Source: Callorhinchus milii (Eukaryota). Taken from it: a DNA stretch of 64,000 nt. Below the pieces are notes generated by a model. The model saw only the letters and a program-made list of their open reading frames with translations, was not told the DNA's origin and made no database searches. The translations under genes were made by a program, and so were the position numbers. The stretch covers positions 1 through 64,000 of the forward strand of contig NW_024704959.1 of the NCBI RefSeq assembly GCF_018977255.1. Direction: 5' to 3'. The first letter of the stretch is position 1; each line of letters begins with the position of its first letter. Positions 1-12,702 of the stretch are shown here, one piece after another.

Positions 1-56
1 TGGCTTAAAGAGATCCTAATAATTATAGACCATTTTTTTCAACAGTTACTAAAATA

Positions 57-307
57 CACTGGTTCTTTCGGTAAAGTCACGTAGGTAGAAAAAATAAATA
101 TATATATCACGACGTTTCGATCGTAACACAAGCGGTCGTCCTCAGGCGGAAAAAAATTATCCAGCAGTGGAACTGCTGAACTAGGCTGAACCAGGTTCAG
201 CAGTTCCGAGGCACACGACCGCTTGTGTTGTTCTGAGGACGACGGATCCACGTTGTATTTTATCCGTATTTACCCAAAGAGTATGGATCTGCATCACGCA
301 ACAATCA
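57..307. mobile_element. Old non-autonomous PLE-derived mini-element (inverted pLTR arm plus degraded tail)
   Basis: Starts with GGTTCTTTCGGTAAAGTCACGTAG, shared with the PLE at 7010. Has a degraded tail CCCAAAGAGTATGGATCTGCATCACG. Flanked by a 13-bp direct repeat AGTTACTAAAATA (44-56, 308-320). Confidence 0.7.
108..148 (-). ncRNA. Type I hammerhead ribozyme core (PLE type)
   Basis: Reverse complement reads CGC-CTGAGGA-CGACCGCTTGTGTTACGATC-GAAACGTC-GTG. Confidence 0.7.
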
Positions 308-665
308 AGTTACTAAAATATTCGAAAAACATACATCCAAAATAAACTGCTGTCGAAAAGCTCACAATCTCATGCAACAGCAAAGTCTGTTTTCAGAGAT
401 TACGTACCACCACAGCTATGGATGTTTTAAATGTTCTCATCATAAACTGGATAAAAGGTCACTACTGCTGTGCAATATTCATTACCTTTTCAAAGCCAGT
501 CCAGTTGAAAAATTTATATTCCACTCACAATTCTTGGTCAATTACGGTTTCAGATTACAATAAACATTATTAAGTTACTTCTCAGACCGTTCTTAATAAG
601 TACATAGTGAAAAGTTTCGTGATGAGGACCAGTCCGGATTTACCGAAAGAAAGAAGATAAAATAG

Positions 666-1000
666 TGTAAGGATTCTGACGTCCATTACAAGGTAAGTCT
701 TTATTTCATGTAGTCAGTACAACAGCTCCGTTGAACCGCAGCCCAGCTGCACTCCACCTTGGTCGTCTTTCTTCAGTCTTGTCCCAGCCCTTGCACCCCA
801 ACTGAGTTCAGGCTCCCTCTTTATAACCCTCCTTAGGCCCGCCCCCTAATCAGACCGGTGTCCTCCCACGTGGACAGACCACCTGCTCTTAATTAACTCA
901 CGTGTGCGTTCCCCTATATTTCCCCTACAGTTTCCCATCTTACGCATCCACTGTATCGCAACGCGTGCCCCAACCATACTCTGACATACAGTCCCCTACA
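666..1000 (-). mobile_element. Solo LTR
   Basis: TGTAAGGA...TCCCCTACA termini, TSD ATAG on both sides, minus-strand TATAAA and AATAAA. Confidence 0.8.
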
Positions 1001-1004
1001 ATAG

Positions 1005-2210
1005 TAATAACATCTCGTCCACAAAATTAACAAAACAATGGCATTCCACAGGGTTCCGTGCTGGGTCCAATAATTTCTTATATTTGAATGATTTGGACTA
1101 AACTTAAAATTAGTCAGAATTAAATATATATTTGCTGGTAACATTGTCATGTTCGTATCGGATAAATCTCCAAAGTCAAACAATCTCCAACACGATTTTG
1201 ACTTGATTCAACATCAATTGTCATCACTAAATTATCCGAAATCCCAAAATCACTATCATCATGTTATTTCATCAAACAAAAGTCTGTTTAATTCCCTTAA
1301 CCTATTATGGATATCAGAAAAACCATCATTGAACGAGTGCTCCAAATACTTGGTTTTATTAATTAAAAACTTACATTTACAACCCCATATTGATCACATG
1401 AAACACAAATTATGGATTTAATACAGAAACATGTTTTATCATTCGATTAGGCCTGCAAATTGCTGAAACTATCATTCTACCACGTTTTGACTCCCGTGAT
1501 GCTGCTTACAGATCAGCTACTAATGAAACACTAAACATAATAAACCGCTTTATCATTCTGCTCTTTGATCTGTACTGGATTTACCATACAGGACCCAATG
1601 CAACATTGTGACCTCTACTTATAAAGATTGGAAAATTACGCATTATACTGACCTAATCCATCTACCCCATTGGTCAAACCCACGCAACCTAAACGCTATT
1701 GAATTGAGCTTTAACTATACCAAGAACAAGAATTGGAATGGGTAACAAAGTCTTTGTCAGTGCAGCACCATCAACGTTTTGGAATAACCTTGGGTCCTCC
1801 CTTAACATCCGTAAATCTTCCTTAAAAATTATATGAAGCAGAAGCTTAGTGCTGGATAAAACCACATTTGCCAATGTAACTTCTAACTCTGATTCTTACC
1901 CATGTGTCAAAGGTTAAATTTTTACATGAAATTTCATCGAGGGACTGTGTTGTCTTGGTGTGGTCTGGGACTGCTTTTGTCCAAGCTTGCATTTAGTGTT
2001 TAAATATCGGCAGTAATTTATGTACTTGTGCCATTTGTACTTATATATTTTAGTTATTTAAATGCTATATAGTTTAGTGACTGGATTACCTTTTTTCTCT
2101 AGCTCGCACTCCTATCACTTGTTGTATTGTCTCGTGTTCTTCTGACCCTCCCCGACTCGACGTCTGTAAACAATAGCTGGATAGCTCATCGACTCCTCCA
2201 GGATAAATAA
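1005..2210 (+). mobile_element. Degraded LINE 3' region (CR1/L2-group RT C-terminus and 3' tail)
   Basis: Peptide SKYLVLLIKNLHLQPHIDHMK resembles the KYLG..ID..L.F..HI RT motif. The 3' end ATAGCTCATCG...ATAAATAAA is shared with tails near 47380-47435 and 48295-48350. Confidence 0.5.
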
Positions 2211-2484
2211 ACATGATGATTCTGAATGCTGCTTGTCAGTGGTTCATCATACCTCTGATTCAAACTCTTTTTTGAGAGTAAACATGTAATTATTATCATT
2301 ATTATTTGCCTAAATTCCAGCTCTGAGAATAAAAAAACGGGTTGGCTCGTTCGACATTCCCATAACCGAAGGCCCCCGCTTAGCATTTTAAAGATTGAAT
2401 GGCTATCAATAGGAATTGTGGGTGATGGCTCTTCCACAAACCCACCACACTTTGTGGGTCATGAAGGATTCCTAAAAACAGACC

Positions 2485-2960
2485 CATCATCACCACCCAT
2501 CACCACCATCATCACCACCACCCCATTAGCATCACCACCCATCACCATCAACACCCATCATCACCAACCATCATCACACCATCAATCGTCATCACCAAAC
2601 ATCACTACCACCCATCACCACACCACCCATCATCATCATCATCACCCCCATCATTATCACCACTCATCACACCACCCATCATCATCGCCACCACCACCCA
2701 TCACCAACACCCATCATTATCACCATACATCAGTATCACCATCCATTAACATAATTATCAACCATCAATCACCCTCATCACCAATCATCACCTATCATTA
2801 CCACCCCACCCACCTATAATAACCACCCATCATCACCACCCATCATCACCACCAATCACGCATCATCACTACCCCACATCACCACCACCCATCATCACCA
2901 CCATCCATCACATCACCACCCATTAATTATCATCGTCATCACCACCCATCACATCACCCA
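2485..2960. repeat. CAT/CAC low-complexity tract
   Basis: Degenerate CATCACCACC repeats; these produce the His-rich pseudo-ORF. Confidence 0.9.
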
Positions 2961-3267
2961 TTATAAACTAACAGACACACACAGCTACACACATAGAAAC
3001 GTAAGCTGACACAGACACACATAACAAGACGCAAAAATATACATCTTTAAAGACTGATCAACAAGAAAATAAACCCATATTAAACGTGCCAGGCTAGGTG
3101 CACACAGACAAATCCATTGCACAATAATTGACATGTAACTCAAATTACACTTGACTACTACCACCTCAGTCACCTAAACATAACTACTTAGGTTAATAAT
3201 AACACCTTGAATTTTAAAGTAAATACACCAATGAGATGTTGTTCATACGCTTCAAATTTAATGCATG

Positions 3268-3821
3268 TGAAGTACCGGTGAAGGACGCCTCTGACACCCG
3301 AGGTTGAGGCACACGTGTATTTATTTTAACAGTACACAGTGGCATATAACACTCGAGGGGGTATCGGCCCCCTCACCCGTATAACTGGGGATACACCCTA
3401 GCTATCCCTGACCTACCCCCGGAGTCCTCCACTAACGGGCTAGGGGAGGCTGTCTGGCCCGACACTGGCGAGTCGGGCTACGGTACCCGGAGTCCCAGAG
3501 TGCTGACTCTGGTTCACGGGACCACGCCGCTGGCTCGGTCCTGCCGCGGCCCTGACAAGGGCGGCGTCTCAGGGGAGTCCAGGGCTCTAGCTACCCGGGT
3601 CTTCAGTCTTCCCTTCTCGTTCTAATACTGAGCCCCGAGCTCTCTCTGTCATCCCCTTTTATATCCCCCAGGATCACAACCCCGGGCAGCCCTACCCCCA
3701 GGCTGCCCGATGCGGACGTCGTTGCGGGCACCCCCCCCCCGTGTACTCCCGGAGCTCCGCCCACTGTGTTTGTTCGCCGTTTGATCCTATGTACAAACAG
3801 CCCCTCGATAACAGCCCTACA
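3268..3821 (-). mobile_element. Solo LTR, family A
   Basis: TG...CTACA termini and TSD CATG. Homologous in reverse complement to 48590-49165. Confidence 0.8.
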
Positions 3822-3825
3822 CATG

Positions 3826-4315
3826 TGTAATAAAGGTCGTGAAAGCGCTTCTGGAATCCGGTCTTTATTTGTCTTTCTTTACAACACTCCTTCACGCTGC
3901 TGATAGACAGCGTGAGAGGGATAGAGAGAGAGAGAAACGCACGCAGCCACGTGGCAGCCTGGGACCCCCTCTCGCGTGGCCTTTCCCTCCGTTCGTTCCA
4001 GTTCTGACCACGTGTTGTTCGTCTCCACCCTATTTAATACCCGGGTCACGTGGTACCTTTCCACCAATCCTGGTTAGCCTCTATGGAATCTTCCAGACTC
4101 CATCGTAGGCTCCCGGGACCACGCCCCTGACTCGTCCCCCATTGGCTGTGGCTAAAGCCAGCAGAACCAATCCTCTACTTACAGATGTCACCTTCCCATT
4201 ACGTCAGGGCCACGCCCCTAGGCTTCCCCCCATTGGCTATGGACCAGGACCGGCAGAGCCAATCATCGTGACGAGTTGTGATCCGTCAGCGACCCGGATA
4301 TATCCTCACATTACA
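3826..4315 (-). mobile_element. Solo LTR, family B
   Basis: TGTAAT...ATTACA perfect terminal inverted repeat and TSD CATG. A second copy lies at 19235-20634. Confidence 0.9.
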
Positions 4316-4344
4316 CATGGAACACAAGTTAATAATTCCAAACT

Positions 4345-4468
4345 AGATTCGAAACTTTCGTGACTGCAGGAATTATTCTTTGCTTCTTTTGGTAAAGTCA
4401 CGTAGAAAGAAATTAAATAATAATAGAATACGACGATTCGATTGCAAAACAAACATCATCAGGTACAC
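4345..4468 (-). mobile_element. PLE pLTR 3' fragment with tail and mutated hammerhead
   Basis: Contains TTTCGTGACTGCAGG and GGTAAAGTCACGTAG. The minus strand reads CTGATGA...GAATCGTC (GAAA mutated). Confidence 0.7.
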
Positions 4469-4603
4469 ATCAATGAGAAAACAAACATAGTAAATTTGGA
4501 AATATAATGCAATACAACACAGAGAGTCGGCCAACACAACAGTCAACACCTCACCTGGTTGATTACGTCCCTCCAAAGATTGCTAAATTTGAGAGACAAA
4601 ACA

Positions 4604-5936
4604 TCTCTCTCTGCTTGTGTCTGCCTGTGTGTCTATGTTATGTCTCTCTCTCTGCTTGTGTCTGCCTGTGTGTCTATGTTATGTCTCTCTCTCTCTGCTT
4701 GTCTGCCTGTGTGTCTATGTTATGTCTCTCTCTCTCTGCTTGTGTCTGCCTGTGTCTATGTTATGTCTCTCTCTCTTTGCTTGTGTCTGCCTGTGTGTCT
4801 ATGTTACATCTCTCTCTCTGCTGTGTCTGCCTGTGTGTATATGTTATGTCTCTCTCTCTGCTTGTGTCTGCCTGTGTGTCTATGTTATGTCTCTCTCTCT
4901 GCTTGCGTCTGCCTGTGTGTCTATGTTATGTCTCTCTCTCTGCTTGTGTCTGCCTGTGTGTCTATGTTATGTCTCTCTCTTCTGCTTGTGTCTGCCTGTG
5001 TGTCTATGTTATGTCTCTCTCTCGTGCTTGTGTCTGCCTGTGTGTCTGTTATGTCTCTCTCTGCTCTTGGCTTGTTGTCTGCCCTTTGTGCTGTGGTCCT
5101 TGTTATGTCTCCTCTCCTGCTTGTGTCTGCCTTGTGTCTATGTTATGTCTCTCTGCTTGTGTCTGCCTGTGGTCTATGTTATGTCTCTCTCTCTCTGCTT
5201 GTGTCTGCCTGTGTGTCTATGTTATGTCTCTCTCTCTGTGCTTGTGTCTGGCCTGTGTGTCTTATGTTATGTCTCTCTCTCTCTGCTTGTGGTCTGCCTG
5301 TGTGTCTATGTTACGTCTCTCTCTCTGCTGTGTCTGCCTGTGTGTCTATGTTGTGTCTCCTCTCTGCTTGTGTCTGCCTGTGGTCTATGTTACGTTTCTC
5401 TCTCTGCTTGTCTGCCTGTGTGTCTATGTTTATACTCTCTCTCTGCTTGTGTCTGCCTGTGTGTCTAGTTACGTCCTCTCTCTCTGCTTGTGTCTGCCTG
5501 TGTGTCTATGTTATGTCTCTCTCTGCTTGTGTCTGCCTGTGTTCTATTTATGTCCTCTCTGCTTGTGTCTGCCTGTGTGTCTATGTTATTTCTCTCTCTG
5601 CTTGTGTCTGCCTGTGTGTCTATGTTATGTCTCTCTCTCTTGCTTGTGTCTGCCTGTGTGTCTATGTTATGTCTCTCTCTCTGCTTGTGTCTGCCTGTGT
5701 GTCTATGTTATCTCTCTCTCTGTTTGTGTCTGCCTGTTGTATATGTTATGTCTCTCTCTCTGCTTGTGTCTGCCTGTGTGTCTATGTTATGTCTCTCCTC
5801 TCCTCTTCTGCTTGTGTCTGCCTGTGTGTCTATGTTATGTCTCTCTCCTGCTTGTGTCTGCCTGTGTGTCTATGTTATGTCTCTCTCTCTTGTGTCTGCC
5901 TGTGTGTCTATGTTTTTTTGTTCTCTCTCCTCTCTG

Positions 5937-5978
<42 letters not shown>

Positions 5979-6809
5979 TGTCTGCTGTGTCTATGTTATT
6001 CTCTCTGCTTGTGTCTGCCTGTGTCTATGTTATGTTCTCTCTTGCTTGTGTCTGCTGTGTTCTATTTATGTCTCCTCTCTGTGCTTGTGTCTGCCTGTGT
6101 GTCTATGTTATGTCTCTCTCTCTGCTTGTGTCTGCCTGTGTGTCTATGTTATGTCTTCTCTCTCTGCTTGTGTCTGCTTGTGTCTATGTTGTTTCTCTCT
6201 GCTTGTGTCTGCCTGTGTGTCTATGTTGTTCTCTCTCTGCTTGTGTCTGCCTGTGTGTCTATGTTACGTCTCTCTCTCTGCTTGTGTCTGCCTGTGTGTC
6301 TATGTTATATCTCTCTCTCTCTGCTTGTGTCTGCCTGTGTGTCTATGTTACGTCTCTCTCTCTGCTTGTGTCTGCCTGTGTGTCTATGTTACGTGTCTCT
6401 CTCTGCTTGTGTCTGCCTGTGTGTCTATGTTATATCTCTCTGTCTGCTTGAGTCTGCTGTGTGTCTATGTTATGTCTCTCTCTCTGCTGTGTCTGCCTGT
6501 GTGTCTGTTATGTCTCTCTCTCTGCTGTGTCTGCTGTGTGTCTATGTTATGTCTCTCTCTCTGCTTGTGTCTGCCTGTGTGTCTATATTATGTCTCTCTC
6601 TCTCTGCTTGTGTCTGCCTGTGTGTCTATGTTATGTCTCTCTCTGCTTGTGTCTGCCTGTGTGTCTATGTTATGTCTCTCTCTCTCTGCTTGTCTCTGCC
6701 TGTGTGTCTATGTTATGTCTCTCTCTCTGCTTGTGTCTGCCTGTGTGTCTATGTTATGTCTCTCTCTCTGCTTGTGTCTGCCTGTGTGTCTATGTTATGT
6801 CTCTCTCTC
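4604..6809. repeat. ~41-bp minisatellite CTGCTTGTGTCTGCCTGTGTGTCTATGTTATG(TC)n
   Basis: Direct tandem repeat. The centre is noisy with a long poly-T near 5940-5977, probably low-quality sequence. Confidence 0.97.
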
Positions 6810-7066
6810 AAATGTATCAATCTTTGGAGGAACGAATATGAAGCCTGAGGCCTAGGTGTATACCAGGCCTGCAGAGGAGGAGGGTTCCTCATCAATTACT
6901 TTTAATAGTCATAGATTGGTAGTGATGGGAAGATGTAATGATTGAGTGTGGCAGAGAGCGTGGGTTTAGATCCGAGTTTCAGCCATCATTGCTTAAACTG
7001 GGGTCTCAATACTCTGGTTCTTTCGGTAAAGTCACGTAGCTAGAAATACATTAAAATGAAACAAAT

Positions 7067-7107
7067 CACGACGTTTCGATTGCAACACAAGCAACCATCA
7101 TCAGGTG
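7067..7107 (-). ncRNA. Type I hammerhead ribozyme core in the PLE pLTR
   Basis: Reverse complement reads CAC-CTGATGA-TGGTTGC-TTGTGTT-GCAATC-GAAACGTC-GTG. Confidence 0.85.
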
Positions 7108-7724
7108 TGAAAACCACAGCAAGAATGTTTTTTTGCTGAAGTGGGAGAGAACTGCCGTGGCAAGAGGTTTCTAGATAAGAAGGGGCAAGGGGAGAGAGAG
7201 AGAGGGGGAGGGTACAAGGAGGGGTGCGCTGCGTGAGCGCGAGGAGAGGGCACGTGAGGCTGGGGGGAGGGGGGAAGTGGGCGGGGCTGGAAGTGGGAGG
7301 CCGAGAAAGCTGGAGATGCAGGGGGGGGGGAATTAACTCTGAAAAAATTAACCCGTAAAAACAAAGTTTTTCACTATAAATCCTTTATATGCGTGGCGGC
7401 TAGAGTCCTCTCGTCCTCTGGCTTGAGATGGCTGCCACCTATGGTCAGATGATTGCTTGCCACCATTAAGCAATTGGTAATTAAATATAATTTTTTTCCT
7501 AAAAAGTGTAACATTTTGGAAAAATTTTTCACGAAAATTAATTGTCACGCACAACGAGTCTGTGTGCAAAATGTCAGCTCGATTGGATCACGGGAAGTGG
7601 GTAAAAAAACGACCAAAAGATTTGCACGGTCGTAAGCGCGCAAGCAAGTGAACTTAATATAAAGGATTTAAAAATAGACTAGTACCCGGCAGATATGATA
7701 CACACAACCATAAAGCAGTTACGG

Positions 7725-10000
7725 TTTTACCTGGTTAATGACATCCTTCCAATGATTGCTCAATTTGTATCCATATTCTCGGTTGAAGTTACGTCTGTTT
7801 ATATATCTGGATGACTTCATGAACAAACCTTTGATAGTAGCCAGAAGGTTTGCAGAGTACCTTGGTCTCGGAAAAAACAATATCATGCGTGCCCACAGCG
7901 TTATAACAATGGTCAGCCTCGGCAGAGGTATTGATTCTGTCGTGTTTCAGATCTGCCTTGTGTTCGCGGACACAGTCCGAGACATGTCGTTTCGTTTTCC
8001 AAATGTAACTGCGACCGCAGGTACAACTCATTTGTAAACTCGAGTATATTGCATGTCAGGAATGGCATCCTTCACAGATGGGATTAGATCACGGATTTTG
8101 TGTATTGTATTGAATCGGACCTGGATCTTGTATTTGTTTAAGATTTTGGAAATATTTTGGTAACACCTGCTATGTATGGTAACATGATGGTTTTTATCGG
8201 CTTCTCAGGGGTTGTTTCTCCATGGTTGGAGAAACATCTTTGCGAATAATGCGGTCCGAGTACCCATCAATATTGAGGGCCTGGTGTACGTGTTCCAGTT
8301 CACCGGCTAGGTGGTGTTAGTCGGAAATGCAGTGTGCCCTGTGGTGTAGTGTTTTGATGAGGGAATTATTCTGTGCCGGATGGTGGTGGGAATCAGGTTT
8401 CAGATAGGAATCTGTGTGGGTGGCTTTTCTGTAGACAGTGTCCCAACGAGCCATTTGGTCTCTTCTCAAACAAAACATCCAGGAATGGTAGCTTAACGTC
8501 TTTCTCCACTTCCATGGTGAATTTGATGGACGGGTGTATGGAATTGATGTGGTTGAGAAATTGGTTTAAAGCTGGCAGGCCATGTGGCCAAATGACGAAA
8601 GTGTCATCTACATATCTCTTCCACAAGGAAGGACGTAGGGTGGATGTCTGGATGGCATCTGTTTCAAATTTCTCCATGAAAACATTCACTATCACTGGTG
8701 ATAAGGGGGAACCCATGGGGGTACCTTCATTTTGTTTGTATAAAGTACCATTCCAGGTACAGTAAGTGTGGTAAGGCAGTGCCTAACCAGAGTAGGTACA
8801 TCAGGATTCAGTCCATGTTGGACAAAGTATTCAATCATTGCTAAGGTGTCAGGTACAGGAACTTAATGAACAGAGAAACTACATCAAAGCTGACGAGCAA
8901 ATCATCTGGGGACAGTGAAATGTCCTTGATTAGAGAGACCAAGTGAGCTGAGTTATGTACTGCTAAGGTAGTCTTGCCTGTGTATGGAAGCAAGGTATCA
9001 GACAAAAAACGGGCCAGTTTGTAGGTAGGTGAGTTGATAGTGGAAACGATGGGCCGAAGTGGAGTACCTTCTTTATGGATTTTTGGAAGACCATAGAATC
9101 TGGGTAATCTAGTAGCAGAAGGTTTTAGGGAGAGCCGTTTGAAAGGTTTGATTAGAAAAGTCGAACTGGTAGTGATATTGTTGTTTTTGTAGCCAGACGG
9201 TTGGTAGGATCTTTGTTTTGGTGTAACTGCCATCATTAAGGTCCTGGATTTTGTTGTTGTATGTGGTTTCATCCATGATAACAGTAGCATTGCTCTTGTC
9301 GGCTGGGTGGATGACTGTCATCTATTTTTTTCAATTTGGTGAGTTCAGAGTGCTCGTCTTTGCTGATGTTACTAATGGGTTGCTTAGCATTTTTAAGGAT
9401 GGTGGCAATTTCAGATCCTGCCACATCTGTCGGGATGTGTCCCAAGCCTTTGAGGGCTACATCTACCTGGGCAATTAAATAATGAACTGGTGTTTGGGGG
9501 TGACAGCAAAATTCAGCCCTCGAGCTAGTACCGATTTTAGGCTATCGGAGATTGTACTGCTACTCTAATTGATAAGTCTTGTTAACATCTAGCTTTTTAA
9601 TGTAGATCTGGTTTCTTTTTTGACAAGTTATTGAATTTAGCAATAAGGTTAACCTTACATTTGGAGGACATTGTTGTGGCAGAAGAAGCAGTCATGCTAT
9701 CTACAAGGTTCCAATCAAATGCGGACATTTTATGTTAATGTTAAGTGTGATTGTAGGAGACATGTCTAAATGATCAAGTTCAAGACGGAGTAGTCTTATC
9801 CTGAGATTAGAGAAAGGCTAGCTCTTGAATAAAATCCGTTTGACGTTAGAAGTGAGAGAAGCAGATGTGAGTGCAAATGTGGTAGGTATTACCTTGTCAC
9901 GGCATCTCTTCAGAAAGGTGAGAGACTCGATCATGTGAGCCTTCTGTCTCGTAGTCTGTTAAAAGCTCTCACAGATGTGTGAAAACCCTCCCCGTATAGG
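7725..10000 (-). pseudogene. Frameshifted PLE reverse transcriptase plus GIY-YIG endonuclease
   Basis: Motifs PADKSNATVIM, FYGLPKIHKEGTPLRPIVS, VSFDVVSLF, MGSPLSP, RYVDDTF, IKFTMEVE..LPFLDV and the GIY-YIG-like CTCGRSYI.KTKR, spread over several frames. Confidence 0.93.
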
Positions 10001-10263
10001 TGGTTCAATCTTGATTTAAAGTTTCGTGACTGCAGGAATCCATACTCTTTGGTTCTTTCGCTAAAGTCACGTAGTTAGAAATAAATCCAGAAACATAAAC
10101 AGACATAACTTCAACCGAGAAGATGGATACAAATTGAGCAATCATTGGAAGGATGTCATTAACCAGGTAAAACCTAACTGATTTATGGTTGTGTGTATCA
10201 TATCTGCCGGGGTACTAGTCTATTTTAAATCCTTTATATTAAGTTCACTTGCTTGCTTGCTTG

Positions 10264-10694
10264 TGTAGTGGGTTCGAATTAGGTGCACACACACGCAGCT
10301 TGGAGGCAACACTATTTATTAAACGGTAATATAACACTGTACATGAGGTGGTGACCACCTTCCTCAACTCACTAACACTCTGGAACACGACACAGACTGG
10401 ACCAGGCAGGCAACGGTCTGCCTGGCCCAGGACGACGACCCGATGATGTCTTCACTTCGGAGTACAACAGCCTCGCTCTGCGTTCATACCACGCTTATAT
10501 CTCCTCTGGCGTGGCCGGCTCCGCCCAGGCGTGGCTGGCTCTGTCCAGGCCACGCCTCCCTTCCCAGGCCACGCCTCCTTCCCCCACCTCTGGGAAGGTC
10601 CGGGTCCCTCCACCACGTGACCCCCCAGGCACCCCCTTGGGGCCCCCAGCCCTCGTACGGGCCGACACAGTAGTGACCGTTGTATGTCACTACA
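10264..10694 (-). mobile_element. Solo LTR inserted in the PLE arm
   Basis: TGTAGTG...CACTACA termini and TSD CTTG. Absent from the opposite PLE arm. Confidence 0.9.
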
Positions 10695-12105
10695 CTTGCG
10701 TGCTTGCTTGCTTGCTTACGACCGTGCAAATCTTTCGGTCGTTTTTTAACCCACTTCCCGTGATCCAATCGAGCTGACATTTTGCACCAGACTCGTTGTG
10801 CGTGACAATTAATTTTCGTGAAAAAAAATTCCTAAATTTTACACTGTTTAGGGAATTTTTTAAAATATTTAATTACCAATTGCTTAATAGTGGCAGACAA
10901 TCATCTGGCCCATAGGTGGCAGCCATCTCAAGCCAGAGGACAAGAGGACTCTAGTCGCCCGTTTCATGATGACGCAAATGTTGACTAACCACATGGCATG
11001 AAATCCCTGCCCCACGCTGTACAATGGAGACTATATAGAGCAGTTAAATTGAAGCCGCCAGGTTCTTGAAAGTGGTAAAAGGGTCAACGCTAGTGCCCTC
11101 GGGAATATACGGGGCATGTCAAGAGGTGATCTTTCATTTTTAAATCATTTATATTAACTTCACTTGCTTGCTTGCTTACTCAAGAAAAACAGAAATGAAT
11201 AATAAATTGAAACCGATGCCACGCATATGAAGGATTATAGTGAAAAACTTAGTTTTTACGGGTTAATTTTTTTCCGAGTTAATTTCCCCCTGCATCTCCA
11301 GCTTTCTCGGCCTCCCACTTCCAGCCCCGCCCACTCCCCCCCCAGCCTCACGTCCCCTCTCCTAGCGCTCACGCAGCTCTCTCCTCCCCCTCCCTCTCTC
11401 TCCCCCCATTGCTCCTCCCCTCTTCTTACCTATATAACCTCTTGCCACAGCAGCTCTCTCTCCTGCTTAAGCAAACATTGTTTTCTTGCTGTGGTTTTCA
11501 CACCTGATTTCAATGGAAATGGATTTCAATTGCTTGTGTTTCAATGGAAACGTCGTGATTTGATTTATTTTAGTTTATTTCTAACTACGTGACTTTAACG
11601 AAAGAACCAAAGAGTATGGGTTCCTGCAGTCACGAAAGCTTCAAATCAAGACTGGGATCTCAAGTTCATAGAATTTATGGTCTCACCATGCTCACAAAAA
11701 TACTGCCACGTGATGAATATTTCTCAATAGCAGCTCCTGTTGTGTGGTAAGAGCTAATTACAGGGATCTCAGAATTAGTTGCGTGAAACTCCATGTGCTT
11801 CGTTCTTTAATTTATTACTCGCCCTTTGAATACATTTTCTGTTTTCTGTAGCCCGGGAGTCGTGGCGCCAGTCGACCACGTGGGGAGACATTATGGATAA
11901 AGTGGACTCTTTCCCAGGACAAAGTTACGAGAATTGCTCCCCAGGGGTCTATGGGGGTCAAACACACCACATTATCTCCATACCATCACACCAAACTATC
12001 ACTACACCTCACATCACCACACTATCTCTCCACATCACCTTTCCCATCACACCACACTACCACCAACTCAAAACACCATCATAGAGGCTCATCATGCCTC
12101 TACAT

Positions 12106-12396
12106 CAGGGGTCCTCAAACTTTTTAAACAGGGGGCCATTTCACTGTCCCTCAGACCATTGGAGGGCCAGACTATAGTTAAAAAAAACTATGAACAAATT
12201 CCTATGCACACTGGCATATATCTTATTTGAAGTGAAGAAACAAAACGGGAAAAAATACAATATTTAAAATGAAGAACAAGTAAAGTTAAATCAACAAACG
12301 TGCCAGTATTTCAATGGGAACTATGGGCCTGCTTTTGGCTAATGAGATGGTCAATGTCCGGTTCCATATTTGTCACTGCTAGTCGTAACAAGTGAT
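12106..12396. mobile_element. hAT transposon terminal fragment, OposCharlie1 (OC1)-like
   Basis: CAGGGGTCCTCAAACTTTTTAAACAGGGGGCCA...CTATGAACAAATTCCTATGCACACTG matches my recollection of the OC1 end. Confidence 0.75.
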
Positions 12397-12661
12397 GCAA
12401 GTGTGCATCCGTTAGTCTAGATCTGGTTGGAGATTTCAAATCTTCTTGGTTCTTTCGGTAAAGTCACGTAGAAGGAAGTAATAAAATAATAAAAATAAAA
12501 CATAAAAATAAAATAATATTTAAATAAAAGAATATTTATTTTATTATGTTTTATTTTTATTATTTTATTACTTCCCTTCTACGTGACTTTACCGAAAGAA
12601 CCAAGAAGATGAATCCCTGCAGTCACGAAAGCTTTAAATCGAAATTTAATACAATAATTCT

Positions 12662-12702
12662 CACGACGTTTCGGCCACAACGCAAGCAGCCGTCCTCAGG
12701 TG
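12662..12702 (-). ncRNA. Type I hammerhead ribozyme core
   Basis: Reverse complement reads CAC-CTGAGGA-CGGCTGC-TTGCGTT-GTGGCC-GAAACGTC-GTG. Confidence 0.85.

Larger units (their letters stand above)
7010..11650 (-). mobile_element. Endonuclease-positive Penelope-like retroelement with inverted pLTR arrangement
   Basis: Minus-strand RT and GIY-YIG remnants. The arm at 7010-~7790 is inverted relative to 10109-11620. There is an internal pLTR end at 10010-10082. Near-perfect 13-bp TSD ACTGGG(G/A)TCTCAA (6997-7009, 11651-11663). Confidence 0.92.

Noticed and set aside
615-655. GTGATGAGG...CCGAAAG as a hammerhead
   Set aside because: Lacks the CUGA core and stems; more likely scrambled pLTR debris.
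2418-2819. His-rich 133-aa ORF
   Set aside because: Translation of a CAT/CAC low-complexity tract.
4507-6855. 782-aa Cys/Leu/Val ORF and overlapping ORFs
   Set aside because: Open in all three frames because the minisatellite lacks stop codons.
11490-11557. Hammerhead in the + arm of the PLE
   Set aside because: The core is disrupted by an insertion after CTGAT, so it is not called functional.
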